A program made the translations under genes and the position numbers. Source: Roseibacillus sp. (lineage in GTDB: Bacteria; Verrucomicrobiota; Verrucomicrobiia; Verrucomicrobiales; Akkermansiaceae). From it: a stretch of 64,000 bases of DNA. The DNA is taken from contig CBDEUM010000013.1 of NCBI GenBank assembly GCA_965242925.1, positions 64,001 to 128,000 on the forward strand, given 5' to 3'. The notes under the pieces are model-generated. The model made no database searches. It was not told the DNA's origin and worked only from the letters and a program-made list of their open reading frames with translations. This document shows positions 52,040-61,555 of the stretch, piece by piece (position 1 is the stretch's first letter; each line of letters begins with the position of its first letter).

Positions 52040-52642
52040 CTAATGCCCGCGCCAGAAGAGCACAGCGCATAGCAGGGTAAGCACTCCGTAAACCAGTCCG
52101 CTGAAGGTCAGGATACGCCAGCGGTTGTCGCTGGCTGTCGCCCAGGTTGCCAGATCGCGGAAGGTGTAGGGCATCCCCACCCAGAAGAGCCCCTTGGTGA
52201 GCAGAAGATAAGAGAAGATCGGGACCAGCAGTCGCGTGGCCGGATCCTTGTTGAAGGAGGCCGCCAGCAGCGGCCCGGTCACCATCAGGGCCAGCACTCC
52301 CAGAGCGCGCACGAAAAGAAACTCCTTCACATAAAGGACCATCCCCAGGAAGGCGATGGGGACGAAGAGGCGCAGCCACGGCTTCACCGCATTGAACTCC
52401 CCGATGTCCATGCTCAGGGAAGACAGCAAACCCATGTCATCCGGGGCAATGAGAAGCCAGAACCAGGACATACCCACCCCCAGAGTGTAGATTCCGGCGG
52501 CGTGGTGACGCGGCAGCTTGATGAGCCACTCCTTACACGCCTTCGCCTTCCAGGCCATCAGGCCATGAGCTACCAGGAGGTAGGCCGCCAGGGCGTAGCC
52601 CGCAACACTGAGGGGAATACTTTCGTAGGGATGCGGACCCAT
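52040..52642 (-). CDS. Hypothetical multi-pass membrane protein
   Basis: Six hydrophobic segments; EFLFVRALG and GMPYTFRD motifs. Confidence 0.8.
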   Translation of the reverse strand: MGPHPYESIPLSVAGYALAAYLLVAHGLMAWKAKACKEWLIKLPRHHAAGIYTLGVGMSWFWLLIAPDDMGLLSSLSMDIGEFNAVKPWLRLFVPIAFLGMVLYVKEFLFVRALGVLALMVTGPLLAASFNKDPATRLLVPIFSYLLLTKGLFWVGMPYTFRDLATWATASDNRWRILTFSGLVYGVLTLLCAVLFWRGH

Positions 52643-52761
52643 TTTCGTGCGCGCTAGCTACGCCAGCACCGGGGGCAGGTAAAGGGCAAAGGCGGGAATT
52701 CTACCCAAACTACCACCCGGCCGGAGCCTGAAATTGGATTTTGAGGCCGGGACATGTTTCT

Positions 52762-54193
52762 CTACGGCCCCGCTGCCGCCTTCCCAAAGAGGGTAAAGCC
52801 GGTGGAATCCTCGATTTTCACCTCGAAAATCTCCCCTGTCATGCGCTCGCGGTCGCCATCGAAAATGACGATCTTGTTTTGGGTGGTGCGCCCGCTCAGG
52901 CGCTCCTTGTTGGTCTTGCTGGGACCCGAGCAGAGGATCTCCTGGCGCGTGCCGATAAGGGCCGCATTCTTGGGGACCGCGATCTCACTCTGGATACGCA
53001 GCAGTTCCTGGTTCCGCTCTTCCTTCAACCGCTCCGGGAGTTGCCCGTCCATCTCAGCCGCAGGCGTGTTCTTCCGCTTGGAGTAACGGAAGATGAAAGC
53101 TGTTGTCGAACTGCAGGCGTTTCATGCAGTCGACCGTAGCCTGGAAGTCCTCTTCCGTTTCGGTCGGGAACCCGACGATAACATCGGTGGTGATTGCCAT
53201 GTTGGAGCGCACCGCCTTCATCTTCTCGCAGATCTCGATGAATTGCTCATTCCTGTAGGGGCGCCGCATCGCCCTGAGGATGCGATCGCTCCCGCTCTGC
53301 ATGGGAAAGTGAATATGCGAACAAAGCTTGGGAAGATAAGTGAAGGCCGCCACCAGATCGTCACGATAGCCGATGGGATGAGGCGAAGTGAAACGAATGC
53401 GTTTGATCCCCTCCACCTCATGAACTGCCTCGAGAAGCTGCACGAAGGGTGACTTGCCCTCGACTTTCCCGAATTCGGTACGCCCGTAGAGGTTCACGAT
53501 CTGCCCCAGGAGAGTCACTTCCTTGGTGCCCTGCTCCGCCAACTGTCTCACCTCCTCCACCACATCCGCAATGGGGCGCCCGCGCTCCTGCCCCCTCGTG
53601 TCGGGCACGATGCAGAAGCTGCAGCGCATGTTGCATCCCTGCATGATGGACACGAAGGCCGAGGGCTTCTTCCCTGCCGCCACATGATCCCGAATGGTGT
53701 TCTGGCTCCCCTCCTCCGCACCGGTATCCACCAGCTTCCCATTCCTGGTTCCTCCGCCCGGGATCCAGATTCCCTCCTCCTCGACGGTATGCCCCTCCAG
53801 GGACATCGAGGGATCATCCATCCTCTCCTCCATCCGTTTGCGCAGGATGTCATCCACGTAGCCAAAGACCCGGTGGTACTTTTGCGTCCCCACTACCAGG
53901 TCGAGATGGGGGACGCGCTCGAAGAGTTCCTCTCCCCGGCTCTGCGCCATGCAACCCATGAAACCGTAAACCACATGGGCCCGCTTCTCACGGTGCTTAC
54001 CCATCATTCCCATCTTGCCCAGGGCCTTCTGCTCAGCCTGGTCGCGCACCGAGCAGGTGTTGACCAGGATGGCATCGGCATCCTCTTCCGCACGGGTGAG
54101 GGTATAGCCTCCCTCCACGAACATCCGAGCAACCTGCTCGGAATCACGCTCGTTCATCTGTCATCCGTAGGTCTTGACGAATACTTTGGGCAC
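52762..54193 (-). CDS. miaB: tRNA-i6A37 methylthiotransferase MiaB, with in-frame UGA at codon 11 (candidate Sec) and a +1 frameshift at ~53097-53101
   Basis: GTG start: VPKVFVKTYG*QMNERDSEQ; NTCSVR; GCMAQ; radical SAM CNMRCSFC; TDVIVGFP; after the shift FIFRYSKRKNTPAA and a TRAM domain (SGRTTQNKIV). About 476 aa if both interruptions are read through. Confidence 0.9.
54117..54153 (-). promoter_or_regulatory. Candidate bacterial SECIS element in miaB
   Basis: Minus strand ACGAGC-GTGAT-TCCGAGCA-GGT-TGCTCGGA-T-GTTCGT; apical GGU loop about 26 nt after the UGA. Confidence 0.65.
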
Positions 54194-54352
54194 AACTCTC
54201 CCCGTGCATGCTGACGACGGGGCGGAACCCTTAGCGTCTCTGCCGCAAAAGATCAACCTTCGGCTTCCCTCGGCACCGATTGAAGCCGGAGCCGCAATCC
54301 ATGGCATAAGGAGCTCTTTTTCGGCCCTCCCTCGCCCCGGGTTTCTGCTACA

Positions 54353-55249
54353 GTGGCCGTGTTGGCTCCGCAAATCGACATTTTCATCCTCTACCTCGCC
54401 ACCGAGCGTGGGCTTTCGGATGCTTACCAGCTTTCCGTGCGACGCACCCTGGAGACACTCGCCGACTGGGCCCAGAAGCAGAAATTCGCCACCTGGCAGG
54501 ATCTTGGCATCGATTCTCTCAGGGAATTCCTCGCCCAACTGAAGAAGAAGGGCCTGGAGGCCTCCTCCCTCCGCATCGCAGTGGTTCATATCAAGATCTT
54601 CTTCCGCTTCCTTGCCGGCCGCAGCCTCATCGAGGACGATCCCGCCGAGCCTCTCCTTTCCCCCAGGACTGGAAGTCACCTGCCTGAGACACTTCACGAA
54701 TCCCAGATCGTAAGACTGCTGGAATCCATCGACCCCTCCAGGGCGCTCGGTCGCCGCGACCTCGCCATTTTGGAACTCTTCTACTCCTCCGGCCTGCGCC
54801 TCGCCGAAATCTGCTCCGCCCGATTGGAGACGCTGGACCTCGAGGATGGCTTCCTCAGAGTCACCGGCAAGGGCAACAAGACCCGCATCGTTCCGGTGGG
54901 TGGGCGGGCCCGTTCCGCCCTGGAAAGCTATCTGGCCAACGAGCGCCCCAAGCTTGTCAAGCGCCACACTTCCTCCGAGATCTTCCTCTCCGTGCGCGGC
55001 GGACCACTCGGTCCCGATCGTGTCCGGAAAATTGTGAAGGAACGCGCCCACCAGGCCGGGATCAAACAGAACATCTACCCGCACCTCCTGCGCCACTCCT
55101 TCGCCACCCACCTCCTCCAGAACGGAGCCGACCTGCGGGTGATCCAGGAACTGCTCGGGCACGCCGATATTGCCACCACTCAGATTTATACCCACGTCGA
55201 CGACCAGCTCCTGAGGAAGGTTCACCGCCAATTTCATCCCCGGGCGTGA
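54353..55249 (+). CDS. xerD: Site-specific tyrosine recombinase XerD/XerC
   Basis: RDLAILELFYSSGLRLAE, GKGNKTR, PHLLRHSFATHLL, LLGHADIATTQIYTHV, HPRA end. Confidence 0.85.
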   Translation: MAVLAPQIDIFILYLATERGLSDAYQLSVRRTLETLADWAQKQKFATWQDLGIDSLREFLAQLKKKGLEASSLRIAVVHIKIFFRFLAGRSLIEDDPAEPLLSPRTGSHLPETLHESQIVRLLESIDPSRALGRRDLAILELFYSSGLRLAEICSARLETLDLEDGFLRVTGKGNKTRIVPVGGRARSALESYLANERPKLVKRHTSSEIFLSVRGGPLGPDRVRKIVKERAHQAGIKQNIYPHLLRHSFATHLLQNGADLRVIQELLGHADIATTQIYTHVDDQLLRKVHRQFHPRA

Positions 55250-55614
55250 CAGGCCTTTAGCCAGTGCCGGTGGAAACCATCATGGCTGCTCCTTCGTTCC
55301 CCTCGGGCCCTTCTTCCTCCTCGTCCTGCCTTGATCTACAACTCATGGCCGTAGCGGAACACGAACGCAGGGGGAGGGCGAAAGAGATCGCTCCGCTTCA
55401 CCGGTTGTCTGCCTTCCCTCCCGGGCCCTCCACCAGGTTACTGATCCTCCTCCACGAAAGAACCCTGATTGTGTATTCCCAAAGCCTGACGGTGGCCCGT
55501 TCCGTATAAGCCAAAATGGGTATAACTGGCGCCAATTGACCTCCGCGGCCGCTTGCACGGTCACGTGAGAAGATTAGAATAAAATCTCTCCACTTCGCTT
55601 TGGAGATTCACCCC

Positions 55615-58600
55615 ATGACCTCCAACCCCCACCGGCCGCTCCTTACCCGGGCAGCGGCACCTCTCTCCCGCCCCCCCGCATGGACCGGTTGGCTCCTGGC
55701 CCTCGTCATGATCTCCCTTCCGGCCGCGGGACAGCTCGTCATTAACGAGATTGTCGCCAACAACAAGAACACGATCGATGATGTGGATGGCGAATCGTCA
55801 GACTGGATCGAGATCCTCAACACCGGATCCCAGCTTAATCTCGGTGGCTACAGCCTGACCGACGACCCGTCCGTGCCCGGGAAGTGGAGCTTCCCGGGAG
55901 GCCAGTTCCTCGGTCCCAACTCCTATCTCGTTGTCTTCGCCTCCGGCAAGGACCGCGCCGTCCTGGGCCAGCAGTTGCACACCAATTTCTCCCTCGAATC
56001 CGACGGCGAGTATCTCGCCCTGTGCGATCCCGGCGGAACCGTGATTCACGAGTTTGCACCGTCCTTCCCCAGCCTCAAACGCGATATCGGGTACGGGATC
56101 GGCAACGACGGAACCCTCGGATATCTCTTCCCTGCCACTCCCAATAGAGCCAATGGAAACCATCTCACTGGATTCGTGGCGGACACGGTCTTCTCTCACC
56201 AGCGCGGGTTCTACGACGATCCCATCGAGGTCATCATCAGCTCCACCACCCCGGGCGTCAGCATCCGTTACACCACGAACGGACGGGAGCCAACCCCCAG
56301 GCATGGACAGATCTATACCCGTCCCGTCACTATCAACTCCACCACCGTCCTGCGCGCGGTGGCCTACAGGCCGGACATGGTTCCCACCAACGTGGACGCC
56401 AAGAGTTACCTCTACAGCCAGGACATTATTGAGCAGAGTGACATGATCGGTTCAGTGGTGAACTCCATAACCTATCGCAACGAGATTCAATCTGCTCTCA
56501 AGGAGATTCCCGTCGTTTCGCTTTCCTTCAATCCGACTGACCTGTTCAGTGCCAGCGGGATCCATAATCTCCCCAATCTCAGCGGCAGCACGAGCGAGCG
56601 CGACGCACACTTCGAGTTCTTTGATCCCTCCAACCCTGACGCCTCGACTCAGGAGCCGGCTGGAATCCGCATCCATGGCGGAAACGCCCGGCGGCACCCC
56701 AAGAAAAACTTCCGGCTCTATTTCCGCTCCGACTACGGCAAGACCCGCCTCGATCACAATCTCTTCCCTGAATCTCCGGTCGACAGCTTCAAGAGCATCC
56801 TTTTGCGTGGTGGGGGCCACGACGCGTGGACCTACCGTGACGACTGGGACAATGCCAGTTTCATCCGGAACGAATTTCTCCACCGCCTGCAGCAGGACAT
56901 GGGGCAGCCTTCCCCCTATGGCCGCATGGTAAGCCTTTTCCTCAACGGCGACTACTGGGGAGTCTACGAGTTGCAGGAATTTCCCCATGAACACTTCAAT
57001 GCCGCCCACCATGGTGGAGACCCGGAAGACTGGGACGTCATCAAGCACGGTGCCGAGGTGGAAGCCGGTGATCTGATCGCCTGGAACGAGTTGATCAACA
57101 TGGCCGAGAACGGTATCGAGTCAGATTCCGACTATGCCGCCATCCAACGGTTCATCGACATCGACAATTTCGCCGATGCGATGATCCACCGCATCTGGTC
57201 CAGCGACGAAGACTGGCTGGCACCTGCCACCCGTAACGGCCAGCCCATCTCCACCTTTTCAGACGACAAGAACTGGTACGTCGCGCGCAGGAGCCGGAAC
57301 GGCGAGGAACCCTTTATCTTCTACAGTTGGGACGCTGAAATGTCGATGGGCATCCCCTTCTCACGCAACGAGGCCACCGGTGGCACCAATCCGCCGAGCT
57401 GGGAGAATGACTTCACCCAGGTGGACAATCCGGATTCGCCCGGCATCATCTACGATGCCCTCCGCCGGCATCCCGAGTTTCAACTCCACTTTGCCGACCG
57501 TCTGCACAAACACATGTTCAACAAGGGGGCTCTGTCCCTGCGACACCTGCAGGGCCTCTGGGATCGCCTGGTAGATACCGTTCACTCCCCCATTGTGGGC
57601 GAATCAGCACGCTGGGGACTCGATAGCTGGACCGGCGCCACCCGACGCTCTCCCTATACCAGGAATACGCAGTGGATCCCCGCAGTCAACTGGGTGCGCT
57701 CCCGGTTTCTCGTCAACCGTAGCACCACCGTCCTCGCTCAATTTAAGGCAGTGGATCTCTATCCCGATGTAGTGGCTCCCAGGCCTTCTCTTCAGGACAC
57801 TCTTTTCCCCTCACCGGTCAACCTTACCCTCACGACCACCTCCCCCGGGTCCAACATCTACCTCACAACGGACGGAGCGGACCCACGGCTCCCGAGCACG
57901 CAGGGGATTGTCTCCTTAGTGACGAGCGACCACCCGGTACAGGCCCATGTGCCCACTCAGGCCAGCAATGCGGAGATCGGAGAGAGCTGGCTCCAGGTCG
58001 CCGACCCCTCCAACATCGACGACTGGGTGACCGGTCCCAACGGAGTCGGTTTCGAGCGGTTCCCCGCCAGCAATCCCAGCTACGACGAACTCATCCAGAC
58101 GGAGCTCACCGACATGTATGGCCTCAACCCGTCCGCCTATATCCGCTACAGGTTCACCATTCCCGACCAGGCCACGATTGACTCCCTCAGCTCGCTCATC
58201 CTGCGCATCCGTTATGACGATGGCTTCGTGGCCTATCTGAATGGCGTCCAGATCGAGTCCCGTAACGTCGGCAATGCTCTCTGGAATTCTGCTGCTTCCA
58301 CAAGTCACCGCGACACCGATGCGTTCAACTACGCGGCATTCGATCGGTCCAGCGATATTCAGTTCCTGCAACCCGGGGAAAATATCCTCGCCATTCACGG
58401 GTTCAATCGCACCTCCGGCAGCAGCGACTTCCTGATCCAGGCCGTACTGGAAGGCGACACAGGCGAACCCGGCGGCACGGTGGCACCCTCTGCCCGGATC
58501 TACGACGGGGCCATGTCCCTGGACCAGACCACGCGACTCAAGGCCCGTACCCGCCGCGCCGACGGAACCTGGTCGGCCCTTCTCGATATCCTCTACCGGA

Positions 58601-59547
58601 TCGGCACCCCGGCCTCCTTCGACAATCTCAGGATCACGGAGATCCACTACCATCCCACCGATCCTGTCACCGAGGCCGAACTGGCTCTTTCTGATTCCGA
58701 CAACGATTTCGAGTTTCTTGAACTGCAGAACGTGAGCGATGGCGACATCGATCTCAGCCTCTGCAGGTTCGACCAGGGAATCGACTTCCAGTTTCAGCCC
58801 GGAACCAATCTTCCAGCAGGTCAGAGGGCACTTCTCGTAAACAACCGGGAAGCCTTCCTCTCCCGTTACGGCCCATCGGTGGAACCTGCTATTTTCGGCG
58901 AATTTGGCAGCAACACCAATCTCTCGAACAAAGGGGAACGCCTCGCCCTGGAGGACGCTCTGGGGGAAAAGATTTTCAGCTTCCCCTACGACGACAAGGC
59001 ACCCTGGCCGATACCGCCCGACGGCGAAGGGCCCAGCCTGGTTCTCGTCGATCCTCTCGGCACCCCGGAGGAGGAATTGGATGAGGGATCCCGCTGGCGA
59101 ACATCCCACCTCGACCACGGCGCACCCGATCTCGACGACGACTGGTCCTACCAGCTCTGGATCCGCGCGTTCTACGGTCCGCTCGCAGCCAGCGATCCCC
59201 TTCTCACTGATCCCCATCTTGTTCCCGGTCCGGGAGGACTCAGCAACTTCATGCTTTACGCCCAGGGCTACGACCTTGGTGCCACTCCAGCCCACCAGTT
59301 GAGCATTGTGGCGGTGGATGACCTCAATGGCTCCGACTACCTGACCCTTACCTATCAGCTGCGGGCCGATCTCGCAGGTGCAACCGTGACGGTCGAGGTG
59401 AGTGAAGACCTCCAGACCTGGAGCCCGGACGTCGCGCTGATCTCAAAGGAGGAAAATGGTGATGGCACCAACACCATCACCGTCCGGGATGCCCAGCCTG
59501 TCAAAGCCGGGAGGGACCGCTACATCCGAGTGCGCATCGGAGAGTAG
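55615..59547 (+). CDS. Large secreted lamin-tail domain / chitobiase-Fn3 / CotH-kinase family protein
   Basis: Signal peptide; LTD (VINEIVA..SDWIEILN; RITEIHYHP..FEFLELQN); FSHQRGFY..IRYTTNG; CotH (HGGNAR..KKNFRLYFR, LNGDYWGVY, NWY, WDAE); C-terminal VEVSEDLQTW..RYIRVRI. Confidence 0.85.
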   Translation: MTSNPHRPLLTRAAAPLSRPPAWTGWLLALVMISLPAAGQLVINEIVANNKNTIDDVDGESSDWIEILNTGSQLNLGGYSLTDDPSVPGKWSFPGGQFLGPNSYLVVFASGKDRAVLGQQLHTNFSLESDGEYLALCDPGGTVIHEFAPSFPSLKRDIGYGIGNDGTLGYLFPATPNRANGNHLTGFVADTVFSHQRGFYDDPIEVIISSTTPGVSIRYTTNGREPTPRHGQIYTRPVTINSTTVLRAVAYRPDMVPTNVDAKSYLYSQDIIEQSDMIGSVVNSITYRNEIQSALKEIPVVSLSFNPTDLFSASGIHNLPNLSGSTSERDAHFEFFDPSNPDASTQEPAGIRIHGGNARRHPKKNFRLYFRSDYGKTRLDHNLFPESPVDSFKSILLRGGGHDAWTYRDDWDNASFIRNEFLHRLQQDMGQPSPYGRMVSLFLNGDYWGVYELQEFPHEHFNAAHHGGDPEDWDVIKHGAEVEAGDLIAWNELINMAENGIESDSDYAAIQRFIDIDNFADAMIHRIWSSDEDWLAPATRNGQPISTFSDDKNWYVARRSRNGEEPFIFYSWDAEMSMGIPFSRNEATGGTNPPSWENDFTQVDNPDSPGIIYDALRRHPEFQLHFADRLHKHMFNKGALSLRHLQGLWDRLVDTVHSPIVGESARWGLDSWTGATRRSPYTRNTQWIPAVNWVRSRFLVNRSTTVLAQFKAVDLYPDVVAPRPSLQDTLFPSPVNLTLTTTSPGSNIYLTTDGADPRLPSTQGIVSLVTSDHPVQAHVPTQASNAEIGESWLQVADPSNIDDWVTGPNGVGFERFPASNPSYDELIQTELTDMYGLNPSAYIRYRFTIPDQATIDSLSSLILRIRYDDGFVAYLNGVQIESRNVGNALWNSAASTSHRDTDAFNYAAFDRSSDIQFLQPGENILAIHGFNRTSGSSDFLIQAVLEGDTGEPGGTVAPSARIYDGAMSLDQTTRLKARTRRADGTWSALLDILYRIGTPASFDNLRITEIHYHPTDPVTEAELALSDSDNDFEFLELQNVSDGDIDLSLCRFDQGIDFQFQPGTNLPAGQRALLVNNREAFLSRYGPSVEPAIFGEFGSNTNLSNKGERLALEDALGEKIFSFPYDDKAPWPIPPDGEGPSLVLVDPLGTPEEELDEGSRWRTSHLDHGAPDLDDDWSYQLWIRAFYGPLAASDPLLTDPHLVPGPGGLSNFMLYAQGYDLGATPAHQLSIVAVDDLNGSDYLTLTYQLRADLAGATVTVEVSEDLQTWSPDVALISKEENGDGTNTITVRDAQPVKAGRDRYIRVRIGE

Positions 59548-59638
59548 GCGCAGGAATTGTGACCCCTGCCGCACCGAATGACTGTCACCGGTCAAAACCC
59601 GTTGCCACTGCCTGTCGGGGCGGTATGCTGAGGGAGGG

Positions 59639-60586
59639 ATGAGCGAAACACCGGCGGTCCAGGTCAGCAGCCTCGTGAAGGACTTCCGGGGGTCCTTCGG
59701 CCGCGGGATGATCCGAGCCGTGGACGATGTCTCCCTTCAAATCGCCCCTGGCGAGGTTTACGGGCTCATCGGTCCCAACGGTTCGGGGAAGTCGACAACC
59801 ATGAAGGCTCTCCTTGGCCTGGTGACCCCTACCTCCGGCACCTGCGCCATCTTTGGGCGGGACTCTTCCAAGGTGGACTCGCGTCAGGAGGTCGGCTTTC
59901 TGCCCGAGAACCCCTACTTCTATAAACACCTCAACGGTGAAGAGACCATCCGATTCTACGGCAAGCTCTGCGGCATGCGGGGAAGATCCCTCCGGGAGCG
60001 CACCGAGGAACTCCTTGAACTTGTCGACCTGCAGGATGCCCGCAAGCGGCGCCTGGGGGCCTACTCCAAGGGCATGCTCCAGCGCATCGGCCTGGCCCAG
60101 GCCCTGGTGCAGGATCCGCGCCTTCTCATTCTCGACGAACCGACCGCCGGGGTCGATCCCATCGGTTCGCGCCAGATCCGCGACCTCATCTTCAATCTCA
60201 AGGAACGCGGCTTCACCGTCTTCCTCTGCTCCCATCTCCTCGAGCAGGTGCAGGAGGTGTGCGACCGAGTGGGAATCATTCACAAAGGGACCCTCGTGAA
60301 GGAAGGTCGTCTGGAAGAACTCATTTCCATCGAGGACCAGACCGAGATCATCCTGCGCAACGCCACCCCGGATCTCCTTCACAGGATCCACGAACTGGCC
60401 GATCAGGAAGAAGGCGTCGACCTTGTCCGCAGCGGCAACCCCCGCACCACCCTGGAGCGACTGTTCCTCCGCGAAACGGTTCAGCGGGACGCAAAGGCGG
60501 ACCCGGGGAGCGGAACGGGACAGGGAAGTCCGGCGGACGGAGGACCGGACGGATCCAACAGCGACACCGAAAAAGAATCCCCATGA
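59639..60586 (+). CDS. ABC transporter ATP-binding protein
   Basis: [34 protein letters not shown]. Confidence 0.93.
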   Translation: MSETPAVQVSSLVKDFRGSFGRGMIRAVDDVSLQIAPGEVYGLIGPNGSGKSTTMKALLGLVTPTSGTCAIFGRDSSKVDSRQEVGFLPENPYFYKHLNGEETIRFYGKLCGMRGRSLRERTEELLELVDLQDARKRRLGAYSKGMLQRIGLAQALVQDPRLLILDEPTAGVDPIGSRQIRDLIFNLKERGFTVFLCSHLLEQVQEVCDRVGIIHKGTLVKEGRLEELISIEDQTEIILRNATPDLLHRIHELADQEEGVDLVRSGNPRTTLERLFLRETVQRDAKADPGSGTGQGSPADGGPDGSNSDTEKESP

Positions 60587-61518
60587 GTCGCCACCCGCAC
60601 TCCACGCCCCTCTTCTCCTGCAGCCGCATCTGGATCATCGCGGGCAACACCTTCACGCATCTCATGCGCATGAAGGTCTTCTATTTCCTGCTCGTCTTCG
60701 TGTTGATCTGGCTCGGGTTGAATGTCTTCAAACTTCCCCACACCGCCGGACCGGAAAGTGTGGGCGGCGAGGAGCTCCGGCTCCTGAAGGCCCCGCTGGT
60801 GGGAACAATGAAGCTCTTCGCCATCATCATCGGGATCGTAGCGACCGCTCTCCTTATCCCGCGTGACGTGGAAGACCGCACGCTCTACACCATCCTGGCC
60901 AAACCAGTCCCGCGGCTCGATTACCTCCTCGGCAAACTCTTTGGCGTTCTCCTCCTCATTCTGGCCGGGTTGACAGTCATGACCCTGCTTCTTGATGCCG
61001 TCCTCTGGTATCGTACTCAGGGGATCCTCACCGAGTTCGACAAGATCGCCAGTATCCTGATCGAACAGCAGCAATGGACAGTGGAAGACAGCCAGGAAGC
61101 CAGGGCGGAACTCCTGAGCCACGGGGTGACGTGGGGCCTGCAGGGAGCCATCCTGGTTATCTTCTTTGAAGCGGCCATCATCGCCGCCCTCGCCCTCCTC
61201 GTCTCCACCTTCTCAACCAGTACACTTTTCACCGTGGTCATTTCCACCCTGTCCTACTTCATCGGGAACTTCATCGCCGACGGTCTGGACCACTGGCAGG
61301 GATCTTCCGGGATCGGCGAAGGGAGCCTCGGAGACCTCTCGGCCAGAGCCCTCTTCGTCGCCTTCCCGGATTACCGCCCCTTCAAGATCGTCGACGAAGT
61401 GCTGGCAGGCCAGATCTTCCCCCCTGACATTCTCGGCAGCCTCGCCCTCTCCACGGGCCTGTATGTGGGCCTTTACGTCGTCCTGAGCTGGTTTATCTTC
61501 ACCTACAAGGAGATCTAG
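60583..61518 (+). CDS. ABC-2 family permease
   Basis: IPRDVEDRTLYTILAKPVPRLDYLLGK motif; 6-7 TM; ATG 60583 overlaps the upstream stop. Confidence 0.85.
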   Translation: MSRHPHSTPLFSCSRIWIIAGNTFTHLMRMKVFYFLLVFVLIWLGLNVFKLPHTAGPESVGGEELRLLKAPLVGTMKLFAIIIGIVATALLIPRDVEDRTLYTILAKPVPRLDYLLGKLFGVLLLILAGLTVMTLLLDAVLWYRTQGILTEFDKIASILIEQQQWTVEDSQEARAELLSHGVTWGLQGAILVIFFEAAIIAALALLVSTFSTSTLFTVVISTLSYFIGNFIADGLDHWQGSSGIGEGSLGDLSARALFVAFPDYRPFKIVDEVLAGQIFPPDILGSLALSTGLYVGLYVVLSWFIFTYKEI

Positions 61519-61555
61519 GGAGGTCTGACCTCTGGCTGCAAGAATCGGGAACCCA

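Noticed and set aside
54161..54163. Genome-wide UGA reassignment (Trp/Gly/Cys) as the explanation for the miaB UGA
   Set aside because: Many genes here end in TGA at their expected ends (e.g. xerD HPRA*, ATGA-coupled pilus genes), and no other conserved gene shows an internal TGA.
54353..55249. Tyrosine recombinase as a phage or island integrase
   Set aside because: Length and motifs fit housekeeping XerC/D; neighbours are core genes; no att repeats seen.
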